A stretch of DNA of 43,066 bases from Candidatus Iainarchaeum sp. (GTDB taxonomy: Archaea > B1Sed10-29 > WALL01), in the NCBI GenBank assembly GCA_021162685.1, contig JAGGYF010000044.1, positions 1-43,066 on the forward strand, in the 5' to 3' direction. Positions within the stretch are counted from its first letter, which is position 1; each line of letters starts with the position of its first letter. A model generated the notes under the pieces. It saw only the letters and a list, made by a program, of their open reading frames with translations. It ran no database searches and was not told the DNA's origin. Below are positions 25,628 to 34,578 of this stretch, one piece after another. The position numbers and the translations under genes were made by a program.

Positions 25628-26614
25628 TTACCAATCTGTTAGCTTTCTCTGTGTGCTTTCTGATAAGGGCTTGGCTTTGAACCCTCTCCTACGCAGTTGC
25701 CTGGCGAATTCTTTTGCATAGCCGTGTACTGTATATACCTCTCTTGGGTTGCTCTGCTCTACATACTCAATAAGCTGGTTGAAATCTGCATGGTCACTGA
25801 GTTGAAATGCTCTATCAACTCCCCTATTTCTAAATGAATACATCTTTGCCCAGCCCGTCGCAATGCCAGTTACTACAGGATACGAGAATTGTGCTTCAAT
25901 AGCGTCAACAAATTTTCTGTTCAACATATGTGTTGGGACAATAGCAACAAAGTTATCCCGCATGATCTCTTTTGCTTCATCACTATCAAATGACAGGTAT
26001 TTTCCAAGTTTTACTCCATTTTTCTCATAGATTTTGTTGATAGCCGCAATCTTTGGATGGACAAGAACAACATCACACACTTCACTCAATATCTTTGTCA
26101 ATTCCTGCGCTTTTCCGAATGAGTATCCTCCCATCAAGATAATCCTGCCTGCATCCATGTTTTTTTTAGCCCATGCTGCTATCTCATGGCACACCTCTTC
26201 ATGTTTTGGAAATTCAAAATGATTCAATCCAAACGTTGATTCAATAATCAAGATGTCTGCGTGCAGGATGTCTGCTCCTGGAAATAAGATTGAGTCCTCC
26301 ACCCTTATGTCTCCTGTGTATACTATGCCAGAATCCAACATAAATTGAGAAGAGCCCAATACATGTCCAGCATTGTAAGATGTTATAAAATCATCTCCAA
26401 TCTGCACCTTTTTGTTATATTCTATTACTTCGCCATCTATACCCGAAATCTGTAATGTCTGCCTTGTCATCAACATCTTTGTTTTGTGAGGTACTGCATG
26501 ATCTGAATGCGCGTGTGAGATACATACTATACCCTCACTTACGCTCTTATGCGGATCAAAAAGTATTTTAGTATCCTTTCTTACATATGTTATACCGTTG
26601 TTCATGTAGAGCAT
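25628..26614 (-). CDS. Metallo-beta-lactamase/beta-CASP nuclease (COG1236-like)
   Basis: ISHAHSDH, AGHVLGS, YTGD, ESTFG, LSDHADF, TVHG; C-terminal QRKLTDW. Confidence 0.92.
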   Translation of the reverse strand: MLYMNNGITYVRKDTKILFDPHKSVSEGIVCISHAHSDHAVPHKTKMLMTRQTLQISGIDGEVIEYNKKVQIGDDFITSYNAGHVLGSSQFMLDSGIVYTGDIRVEDSILFPGADILHADILIIESTFGLNHFEFPKHEEVCHEIAAWAKKNMDAGRIILMGGYSFGKAQELTKILSEVCDVVLVHPKIAAINKIYEKNGVKLGKYLSFDSDEAKEIMRDNFVAIVPTHMLNRKFVDAIEAQFSYPVVTGIATGWAKMYSFRNRGVDRAFQLSDHADFNQLIEYVEQSNPREVYTVHGYAKEFARQLRRRGFKAKPLSESTQRKLTDW

Positions 26615-26656
26615 AAGAAATAAAACTCAAGTATGATATTAAAGGGTTGTGGTATC

Positions 26657-26896
26657 ATGAAAAAGCAGGCAATTCTCTTCTATGCTGTTCTCTTCGTTCT
26701 TACGCAGATCCTTATGTATTTTAATAGGGCCTTTGCCCTCATCCTATTAGGTTCTGCCTTTATACTAATTGCTCCATTTATCATTATTGAGAGACATAGC
26801 ATAAAATACCTCAGGAATGAGTATGCTGCAGTGACTGTTGCCCTCATCTTAATGTTCCTTGGTGGAGTCTGTTGGTACATTGCCTTTTCTATCTGA
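26657..26896 (+). CDS. Small membrane protein
   Basis: Three hydrophobic segments. Confidence 0.6.
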   Translation: MKKQAILFYAVLFVLTQILMYFNRAFALILLGSAFILIAPFIIIERHSIKYLRNEYAAVTVALILMFLGGVCWYIAFSI

Positions 26897-27604
26897 CAAA
26901 ATCTCCTTTATGATGTTTTTGCTTATAGGGTCAAGCTCTCCATAATACCTATTGTACTGCTTCTCAAACCAGGTTAAGTCCCCAAGATAATTCATTATTG
27001 GAGTATGGCCAACACCAGCAAGCACAAGCACCTTGTACCTTTTCTTCTTCTTCGCGAGTTCATGTATCACCCTTAGGATTTTCCTTGTCCATTGGAGGTT
27101 TCGTATATTATCCCATATGCATTCAATACCATGACAAACAGGTATCTCATCCCTAAGCTTTTTCAGCGCAGTATAATCCCCATCCAATGCCTTTAATAAT
27201 AGCTTCTTTTTTTCAGTTTCTTCTTCTGTATACTCCTTTATCATCTCCTTTGCAACTTCTTTTGGGGCATCCTTTATTCTGTTGAAAAACTCAATGGCTT
27301 TCTCTGCACCTATCTCCTCAACTAACTCATCTATCTCTCTGTTTGAATCAAGTGGTATCCATCTCATTTTTGGGTTTGGAAATGAATATCCAACACTCTT
27401 CTCAAAATTTGATTTACTGAATGATTCAGCAAGAACAATATCAGCACTCTTTATCTCTTTATCAAGTTCCTTCTTGAATTTTTTTGATATCATATAATGG
27501 GGAGGAACACCATGCACAAAACCAAGGAAATAAACGTCAACATTTTTGTATCTAAACAAAAGCATTGGTGGTCTGCCCTTCTCATTTACTCTTGCAATTA
27601 ACAT
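26849..27604 (-). CDS. Hypothetical protein, TraB/PrgY-like fold possible
   Basis: YFLGFVH, DIVLAE, RN..W and VLAGVGH resemble TraB/Tiki-family motifs. Confidence 0.55.
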   Translation of the reverse strand: MLIARVNEKGRPPMLLFRYKNVDVYFLGFVHGVPPHYMISKKFKKELDKEIKSADIVLAESFSKSNFEKSVGYSFPNPKMRWIPLDSNREIDELVEEIGAEKAIEFFNRIKDAPKEVAKEMIKEYTEEETEKKKLLLKALDGDYTALKKLRDEIPVCHGIECIWDNIRNLQWTRKILRVIHELAKKKKRYKVLVLAGVGHTPIMNYLGDLTWFEKQYNRYYGELDPISKNIIKEILSDRKGNVPTDSTKEH

Positions 27605-28546
27605 CTATACCCCCATAACCTTCAAAAACAGAGCTACAGCCAATGGAATAGTGATATTATCATCTACTTTTGGGATTGTTTCTACAATGGCAGTAAGCAA
27701 TGAGACAAATATTGCAAGCTCTCTTCCTATCAAGAAGAATAGGAAGAGATACACGGCAAAGAAACTGAATAGTGTGCCTTCCCATTGCTTTTTTGGATTA
27801 TACCACACTTTATGTGATCCTAAATACATACCAACAATTGTACTAACAGAGTCACCAACACATAATGCTATAATGGAACAAGCACTTACTTTCCAGTCAA
27901 ATAATAGAATGACAATCGCAATTACTCCGAGGAATATTCCTGCCTTTAAATAACTTCTTTCTCCATTTCTCTCAAATACTGCTGTCAATCTCCTTACCTC
28001 TGGAACTTTGTATGCTATAAACACTAATAATACACAGATAGCGATGAAGAGTAAAGCATACATCTTCCCAAAAAAGTATGAGAGAGGGACAACAAGTACA
28101 GCAAGGAAATGTATTGTCTGGCGTGCTATCTCTTTCATACTTATCTTCTTTGTTTTTGTGCTGTACATCCACAACCCAAACAGCAGACCAAATAATGCGC
28201 CAGCCATTACCTCAACTGGTGTGTGTAATCCTTTCTCAACACGTGCTATCCCAAGTAAGCCAGCAAGTACAAACAAGATAACGCTTCCTTTTGGATATCG
28301 CTGGCTCATCATCGTGGCAATAAAGAATGCTGTCTGTGTATGAAAAGAGGGGAATGCTGGGCCAAAGCCCACATTTCTTGGCACTAGAAACAGATATTTC
28401 AATGAGAACCCAAGAACCGTGTTAAGAACAACACCCGCAACAAGGTGCATGAAGAATCTGTAATGCCTTTTAATAACTGGATACAGGGGCGCAAGAGATA
28501 GAAAAAATACTACAACTATAGCATTTATAAGAGCCCAGGTGTCCAT
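27605..28546 (-). CDS. PAP2 phosphatase fused to a dolichol/phytol kinase-like domain
   Basis: N-half: K..F..PR, FPSFHT, ARVEKGLH..EV.AG. C-half: RQTIH, VGDSVSTIVG..G..K, KKQWEGT, DDNITIP. Confidence 0.85.
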   Translation of the reverse strand: MDTWALINAIVVVFFLSLAPLYPVIKRHYRFFMHLVAGVVLNTVLGFSLKYLFLVPRNVGFGPAFPSFHTQTAFFIATMMSQRYPKGSVILFVLAGLLGIARVEKGLHTPVEVMAGALFGLLFGLWMYSTKTKKISMKEIARQTIHFLAVLVVPLSYFFGKMYALLFIAICVLLVFIAYKVPEVRRLTAVFERNGERSYLKAGIFLGVIAIVILLFDWKVSACSIIALCVGDSVSTIVGMYLGSHKVWYNPKKQWEGTLFSFFAVYLFLFFLIGRELAIFVSLLTAIVETIPKVDDNITIPLAVALFLKVMGV

Positions 28547-28618
28547 AGGTGACTATATACCATGAAGATTTATAAACTTTCTGAGCCATAAAAACTAAGC
28601 TTGTTCTAGGTGATCAGT

Positions 28619-28915
28619 ATGAAAGGAGTAATTGTTAACTACAGAAGAGGCAGAAGGACAATGCATGGCAACCAGATGATCGTGACGTTTGAGGGCGTGG
28701 ATACAAAGGAAAAGGCAGCGCCACTCCTCGGAAAGACGGTTGTTTGGGAGACGCCAGCAAAGAAAAGGATTTTTGGGAAAGTATCAAAAGTGCATGGAAA
28801 CAAGGGAGCAGTAATTGTTAGGTTTAGAAAAGGAATGCCCGGCCAATCTATCGGAAGCAATGTTGAGATCGTAGAAAAAGAGGAGAGCAAGAAAAAGACA
28901 ACTAAAAAGAAGTGA
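28619..28915 (+). CDS. rpl35Ae: 50S ribosomal protein L35Ae
   Basis: KGVIVNYRRG, GKVSKVHGNKGAVIVRF.KGMPGQSIG. Confidence 0.95.
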   Translation: MKGVIVNYRRGRRTMHGNQMIVTFEGVDTKEKAAPLLGKTVVWETPAKKRIFGKVSKVHGNKGAVIVRFRKGMPGQSIGSNVEIVEKEESKKKTTKKK

Positions 28916-29985
28916 GGCCCTTGATTATAACTGAGGGCAAAACAAAGCTCAGTGTTCCAGAACATAATGAAGTTTTTTTCAATCCCCAGATGAAATTAAA
29001 TAGAGATATAACTATCTCCATAGTAAATGCCTGGCCAAAGAAAGGAGCATTCTGTGATACTCTCTCAGGGATTGGAGCAAAGGGTATACGTGTTGCAAAT
29101 GAGACAGATATTGAACATGTCCTCTTAAACGACCTCAACCCTCATGCACAGCGTTTCATGAAAAAAAGTATCACGTTAAACAATCTAGATAATGTTTCAA
29201 TAGAAAAAAAAGATGCCAACATACTCCTTTCTGAACATAAATATGATAAATTTGATATCATTGACATAGATCCCTTTGGTTCTCCTGCACAGTTCATTGA
29301 TTCAGCAATAAGGGCAATACTCCCTAAGAATGGTTTATTATGTGTTACAGCAACAGATACGGGTGCACTATGTGGCTCTTTTCAAAATGCTGCGCTGAGG
29401 AAATATGGAATAAAAGCAAAGAAAACGACATTCTACAATGAGTTTGGCGTGAGGGCATTGGTAGGGTTTTGCGTCAGAGAAGCAGCAAAGTACGATATTG
29501 CCTTAATTCCTGTTTTTTCACATGCAACAAGGCATTATTACCGTGTATTCTTGAAAACAGAGCGCGGAAGAACAGCTGCAACAAAAGCCATGAAAATGGT
29601 TGGGCATATTGGCTATTGCTATACATGCGATATGAGGAAATACAACCATACTGGAAAGTGTTGCAATAGAGATGTGGAAGTGCTTGGACCAATATGGCAG
29701 GGAAAAATCTATGACAAAAAACTTGTAAGAAAGATGGAACCAGTGAGCTCAGAGGCAGAAAAGCTCATTATGTTATGTACAGAAGAAAGTGAGTTTGTCA
29801 CCCCATACTATAACATCCATGCCATTGAGAAGAAACATAAGATAAAAGCAGGGTCATTTAAGAAAATAATCGCATCTCTAGGCAAGGCGTCACGAACACA
29901 TTTCAGCAATTTTGGTATAAAGACAGATGCCCCGTTTAGAACATTCATAAGAACGCTCTTCCAACAGCAACAGCAACAACGATGA
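28912..29985 (+). CDS. trm1: tRNA (guanine26-N2)-dimethyltransferase
   Basis: VFFNPQMKLNRD, GIGAKGIR, DIDPFGSP, VTATD, HYYRVF, GPIW.G, RTHF...GIKTDAP. Confidence 0.95.
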   Translation: MRPLIITEGKTKLSVPEHNEVFFNPQMKLNRDITISIVNAWPKKGAFCDTLSGIGAKGIRVANETDIEHVLLNDLNPHAQRFMKKSITLNNLDNVSIEKKDANILLSEHKYDKFDIIDIDPFGSPAQFIDSAIRAILPKNGLLCVTATDTGALCGSFQNAALRKYGIKAKKTTFYNEFGVRALVGFCVREAAKYDIALIPVFSHATRHYYRVFLKTERGRTAATKAMKMVGHIGYCYTCDMRKYNHTGKCCNRDVEVLGPIWQGKIYDKKLVRKMEPVSSEAEKLIMLCTEESEFVTPYYNIHAIEKKHKIKAGSFKKIIASLGKASRTHFSNFGIKTDAPFRTFIRTLFQQQQQQR

Positions 29986-31639
29986 CTCCGGCGATAATTG
30001 CTATAAGGACAACATCCTGATCACTAAGCTTATATGGCTTTTCTATATCCACATAGAAACCATATATCTTTTCAGCACTTACATATCCTATCTTTGATGC
30101 TACTACTTTTATGGAATACTCGCCCGGATCCGAAAATGTATATCTTGCTTCATAATATCCAGTTCTCGGATTCCTCAACAGCGTTGCAGTATGATGTCCT
30201 GTTTTTGGTGTTGAGATAATGGCTCTTACATTTGCGTTTGTCACAATGTCTTTATTCTCGTCAACTACTTCCATCGCAAGTGTTATGAAATTATCCGTAA
30301 CATTCGTGTTGGGTACAGGATACACAGGATTTATGAATAACTTATGTGATGATATATGCAATGTAGTATTTTGAGTGATTTCCTTTCCATTGTACAATAT
30401 CCTAAATGAGACATCATATGTTCCCTCATCTAGTGGTGGGACCGTTGTATAGTACTCACCGTTTCTATCATACACTAATTCTTTAGTTTCCTCACCATAC
30501 CTCACAGTTACATTTGCATCTCTTACAGGGTAACTCTCATTGTCCAAGATCTGTATCCTGAACTCTATACCTTGGTCCACAGAATATGTCTTCTCCTCTT
30601 CTGGGTACACGATTGATATCCATAACCCATATGTCTCAACCATGCCCTCTGGGGGCTTTTTTGGCTCCTCCCCTACTCTTATTGCTGGGAAAATACTTCT
30701 TGCTTCCTTGTACCCTTCTCTCTCAGCAATAACCTCTATCTCATACCAAGCATTTTTATCTGCTTTGAACGCTCCAACATATTTCGGTGTGACCAAACTA
30801 TCAACAAATTTCAGGGTTATGTTCTCCTCTTCGCTTCCTGATTTTATAATTGCCATAACATTCGCACTTGGATCCCTCACTCTATTCCCATTTTCATCTA
30901 TAAGCATGACTTCTATGGGTATATTGCTCATTAATGGATATTTTCCAAGAGAAGGTTGAACCCTAACGATCTCCATATCCTTTGTTGGTATAGTTGCACC
31001 AGCAATGGTGAAAGACACACTCTTTGTCTCTTCTTCCTCCCCCTTTCTTGCATTCAATATCAATGTGTAATATCCTGGGTCCAAACCAATATATGTTCTG
31101 TAATAGTTCTGCCCTTCTGGAACATCCTGTTCTAAAACCATGCCAGACCCATTTTCCACAACAGCTTTAACATCTACATCATGCGCAAATGCGTTATCCT
31201 GCTCTATATACACCTTTACCTCAATACCTTCTTCATACGTTTCATTTTTTGGCTCAATGATTGACACAAAAAGCCTTGATGATACAACTGAGAATTCCGT
31301 ACTATTCTTATATTCAACTCCATCATATGTTGTCTCAAATAGAATCCTATACTCCCCCTTATTATCTATCTGAAATGATACATCATAATACTCTCCATCA
31401 AATACCATTGTTTTTGATTCAATAAGTACGCCTGTTTTGTATGTCAGAGTTGCTTTTATAACAGCATCCTGGATTGTTATGTTTTCCTCATCTGTTTGAT
31501 TGACAAAGTATACTTTTGCAAGGACTAATCCATGCCCTAACTCTGCACCATTTGTCGGCTCAATAACATTAAAATTTAGGGCACTAACTCCAAAAAGCAA
31601 TATGATAAACCAAAACAATCGTTTCATACTTCCCACCAA
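29945..31639 (-). CDS. Secreted, C-terminally anchored beta-sandwich repeat surface protein
   Basis: Signal peptide, about five Ig-like units (IxP..Y..DANV..G.Y), many NxT sequons, C-terminal TM segment. Confidence 0.8.
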   Translation of the reverse strand: MVGSMKRLFWFIILLFGVSALNFNVIEPTNGAELGHGLVLAKVYFVNQTDEENITIQDAVIKATLTYKTGVLIESKTMVFDGEYYDVSFQIDNKGEYRILFETTYDGVEYKNSTEFSVVSSRLFVSIIEPKNETYEEGIEVKVYIEQDNAFAHDVDVKAVVENGSGMVLEQDVPEGQNYYRTYIGLDPGYYTLILNARKGEEEETKSVSFTIAGATIPTKDMEIVRVQPSLGKYPLMSNIPIEVMLIDENGNRVRDPSANVMAIIKSGSEEENITLKFVDSLVTPKYVGAFKADKNAWYEIEVIAEREGYKEARSIFPAIRVGEEPKKPPEGMVETYGLWISIVYPEEEKTYSVDQGIEFRIQILDNESYPVRDANVTVRYGEETKELVYDRNGEYYTTVPPLDEGTYDVSFRILYNGKEITQNTTLHISSHKLFINPVYPVPNTNVTDNFITLAMEVVDENKDIVTNANVRAIISTPKTGHHTATLLRNPRTGYYEARYTFSDPGEYSIKVVASKIGYVSAEKIYGFYVDIEKPYKLSDQDVVLIAIIAGVIVVAVAVGRAFL

Positions 31640-31662
31640 TACATTATTGCAAATGTATCTAT

Positions 31663-32274
31663 TTAAAGTTTCCTACAAACAACAAGGACATGGTCCTTCT
31701 CAAATGGCTCTAAATTAACAATTTCCATGACTTGCAAAGCCTTTTCCAATTCTTTTATCTGCTCCTCAAATACTTTCTTTGGCTGCTTTGCAACATCCAC
31801 AGACCTGGCTTTTATGCATAGTAGCGCGTATCTTCCCTTCTTCAAATACTTAGTATTTTTCAGCAATATCCTGGCTTGGTTTGGTTGAGCAACATCCTGG
31901 TATATCACATCAATATCTTCCAAATACTCTGAATATCCCTCTGGTTTATTTGCATCCCCCAACACAGGAACCATGTTCTCTCTTCTTTCACATAATGGTA
32001 TAAGCTCTTCCATTGCCTTTTCTGAGATCTCTACACAGATCACATAACCCTGTTTTCCAACAATATCAGAAACAAACGAAGGTGTGTTTCCCTGTGCTGC
32101 TCCCAAATACAAGACATGAGACCCTTTTTTTATGGGCATAGTTTTCAGACCATTTAGAATAGCAGCAGCAAGTTTTGAGTGATATGGGTTCCACTCTCTA
32201 TACTCCCCATTTTCAAACGAAATAGTGAACAATCTATTCTTATCCCTAAAAACTCCATCAAAAACCCTTTTCAT
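31663..32274 (-). CDS. flpA: Fibrillarin-like rRNA 2'-O-methyltransferase
   Basis: YREWNPYHSKLAAAI, VLYLGAA, DVIYQDVAQPNQ, IKARSVD, LEPFEKDH. Confidence 0.95.
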   Translation of the reverse strand: MKRVFDGVFRDKNRLFTISFENGEYREWNPYHSKLAAAILNGLKTMPIKKGSHVLYLGAAQGNTPSFVSDIVGKQGYVICVEISEKAMEELIPLCERRENMVPVLGDANKPEGYSEYLEDIDVIYQDVAQPNQARILLKNTKYLKKGRYALLCIKARSVDVAKQPKKVFEEQIKELEKALQVMEIVNLEPFEKDHVLVVCRKL

Positions 32275-32825
32275 TGTGCACCTATCCTCTCTAAAATCCG
32301 TCTCATTTTTAGTGTCACTGCATCCTTATCATCGTCAGTTATATGGCCAACATCTCCAACTCGCTCAATTAGTTGCTCAATGTTCTCAGGAGCATCTAGG
32401 AACGACCTATGCGCGTCTATAATTCTCCTCAATACTCTCCTGCTTAACTCGTGCCCCTTTATTAACGTTGCAACTGTTTTCATGTTTCCTGTAATCTCTT
32501 CAATCTCCTGCTTCAGCCTTCTGTATTCCTCTTCATCACCTTCCAATGCATTTGCCTTTTGTATGATTTCTTCTCTTTTCTGCACATACCCCTCAAATCT
32601 TTCATTTAACTTCCTTATCTCCTTCTCCAACCTTTCATGCTCTTTAAGTAACTCTGCAAATATGGTATGTTGGTGTGTGCTGCGTTTCTCTGGTTCTAAA
32701 TTCCTCAGATGTTCTATCATGACATTAGTAACCTCTCTAGCAAATGTATGTGGTGGAGCAGTCTCTGATATCTTTTCACGTGCCCTTCTTAATATCATCT
32801 TTCCAAGCGGCTTTTCCACAGGCAT
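32271..32825 (-). CDS. Orphan coiled-coil protein between nop5 and flpA
   Basis: 184-aa E/K/R-rich helical ORF; its stop overlaps the flpA start. Confidence 0.75.
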   Translation of the reverse strand: MPVEKPLGKMILRRAREKISETAPPHTFAREVTNVMIEHLRNLEPEKRSTHQHTIFAELLKEHERLEKEIRKLNERFEGYVQKREEIIQKANALEGDEEEYRRLKQEIEEITGNMKTVATLIKGHELSRRVLRRIIDAHRSFLDAPENIEQLIERVGDVGHITDDDKDAVTLKMRRILERIGAQ

Positions 32826-32848
32826 AAAATCACTAAATAATTATTGCA

Positions 32849-33658
32849 TTACTTCTTTTTAAGGATTTCTACCAACTTCTCCTCAAATTCCTTTTTCAAT
32901 TCTTTTCCTCTGTCCTCATGCCCAAAATAGTCCATTTTTGCTGCTATTGATAATTTACTTGCAAGCAGTCGTGCAACCTTTCCACGCTTCTTTTTTGGTG
33001 CTCCCCTGACAGCAGGATGTTGGAATATCACACCATGTTTTGGTGGTTTAACCCCTTTTCTTATATGAGCGAACAATGCTTTTTCAGCACCAAGCAGCTG
33101 TATGGTAGATGCAGGAAATTCTGCCAGCCTTTCCAAAGAGCCAGCCAAAGCCATCAGTCTCGCAACCAACATACCTCCTGCAAGTGCATACATATTTGGC
33201 GCAATCTCTTTTATGGTCTTGTCAACATAATCTGCCAACTCCTCCCTTTCCCTTCTTGCGTGTACTGCCAATGTTGCATATTTTGCAATTGCGTCTAAAT
33301 CTTCATCACTCACCTCTGCACCCATTGACTCTTTAGCAATTCTCTCTACCTTTTCTGCTTGGTCAGGTCTAAGGTATTTTTCAAGTGCTTTCCTTGTCAT
33401 TTCCTTCCTATGTTTCAGTTCAGTTAGTATAGCAAGGTATGTTTCAGTGTTCTTTACTAATTTTTCAAGTTCTGGATAGTGTAGTGCATACCAGTGCCTC
33501 ACCCTTTCATTCATCAGGTTTACAATTTCATCAAGCTCGTCTATTGTTTCAACTGCTTGTATCACCAACTTGTCTTTTCCAAACTTCTTTTCTGCCACTC
33601 TTCTTTTTGTCTCTTTTAATGCCTTTCTCCTCAGCTCTTTAATGTTCATCTGATTCAC
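32849..33658 (-). CDS. nop5: C/D box RNP protein Nop5 (Nop56/58), short form
   Basis: WY..HYPEL, SMG, APN, PASTIQLLGAEKALF, PPKHGVIFQHP, RGKVAR. Confidence 0.95.
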   Translation of the reverse strand: MNQMNIKELRRKALKETKRRVAEKKFGKDKLVIQAVETIDELDEIVNLMNERVRHWYALHYPELEKLVKNTETYLAILTELKHRKEMTRKALEKYLRPDQAEKVERIAKESMGAEVSDEDLDAIAKYATLAVHARREREELADYVDKTIKEIAPNMYALAGGMLVARLMALAGSLERLAEFPASTIQLLGAEKALFAHIRKGVKPPKHGVIFQHPAVRGAPKKKRGKVARLLASKLSIAAKMDYFGHEDRGKELKKEFEEKLVEILKKK

Positions 33659-33668
33659 CTTTTTCTTT

Positions 33669-34517
33669 CTACCATCTCTCTATAAGTTCTTCTGGCGCTC
33701 GCCGCCAGTCAATACCTTCTATATGTGTTGATCTTAATTTTGAGAATATATTCATAACTTTGGTCTTTCCGTCTGTTATCCCTAATTCGTACGCTATTCT
33801 TCCCATTTCTTTTGGACCCATAATTACTCCCTTTTCATCAATAACAGGTATCCCTTTATTATATAATGCCTCTACAATCTCTAACAGCTCTTTGGCATAA
33901 TCTTCCCCTCTCTTGGGCCTGTTAGACAAACTCTTTCTTGATGCTTCTACAATATTATAATATGCCTTTTTTGCTTCTGCAAATACAGGTTTCTCAATAA
34001 GATACAATGCGCTTTTTCTAAACTTATCTTTGCTCATACCTTCTGGTACAATCTCAGTCAAACTCTTTGCTGTTGGATTACTCATAAGTGCTTGATGCAC
34101 TTTCGCCAATAACAGGTCCCTCTCCAAAATAACAGTAAAAAGCCGAGTTGAATAAATGTCCTTCTCTTCCTCTATACCTGCCACATCAGCACGTATCTGA
34201 TTAGGAATCAGTCTGTTTTCTCCCCTATCCACTAATTCAGTAACATGTTTGAGGAATGATTCGCAAAGTTCAGTCGGTGTTACACCAACTGCCGTCGCAT
34301 GCTTCAAGAAAATATCATGTATCTTCCTCTTATGTGCTAGCGAGCCTCCATGAAAGAATGATGAGAGATCCTTTTTCAGCTGTTCCATAACATTGCCTTT
34401 TGGTTTAACTGCGCTCTCCCTAATTGCTTTAGCATATGTTGATCCTCTAAGCCATTCCTTCTTTTCAGCTGTTGTCGGCATCAGTTCACCTCTCTCCCTC
34501 TTCACAGGATTTACCAA
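33669..34517 (-). CDS. Hypothetical protein
   Basis: 282-aa ORF with no recognised motif. Confidence 0.72.
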   Translation of the reverse strand: MVNPVKRERGELMPTTAEKKEWLRGSTYAKAIRESAVKPKGNVMEQLKKDLSSFFHGGSLAHKRKIHDIFLKHATAVGVTPTELCESFLKHVTELVDRGENRLIPNQIRADVAGIEEEKDIYSTRLFTVILERDLLLAKVHQALMSNPTAKSLTEIVPEGMSKDKFRKSALYLIEKPVFAEAKKAYYNIVEASRKSLSNRPKRGEDYAKELLEIVEALYNKGIPVIDEKGVIMGPKEMGRIAYELGITDGKTKVMNIFSKLRSTHIEGIDWRRAPEELIERW

Positions 34518-34578
34518 CCATTAACATCTAATATTTAACCATTATGTATTTATATAGTGATTTGCTTATTTTTCAGGT

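Noticed and set aside
29960..29985. Poly-Q tail of Trm1
   Set aside because: It is the antisense reading of the VVAVAV TM codons of the overlapping convergent gene.
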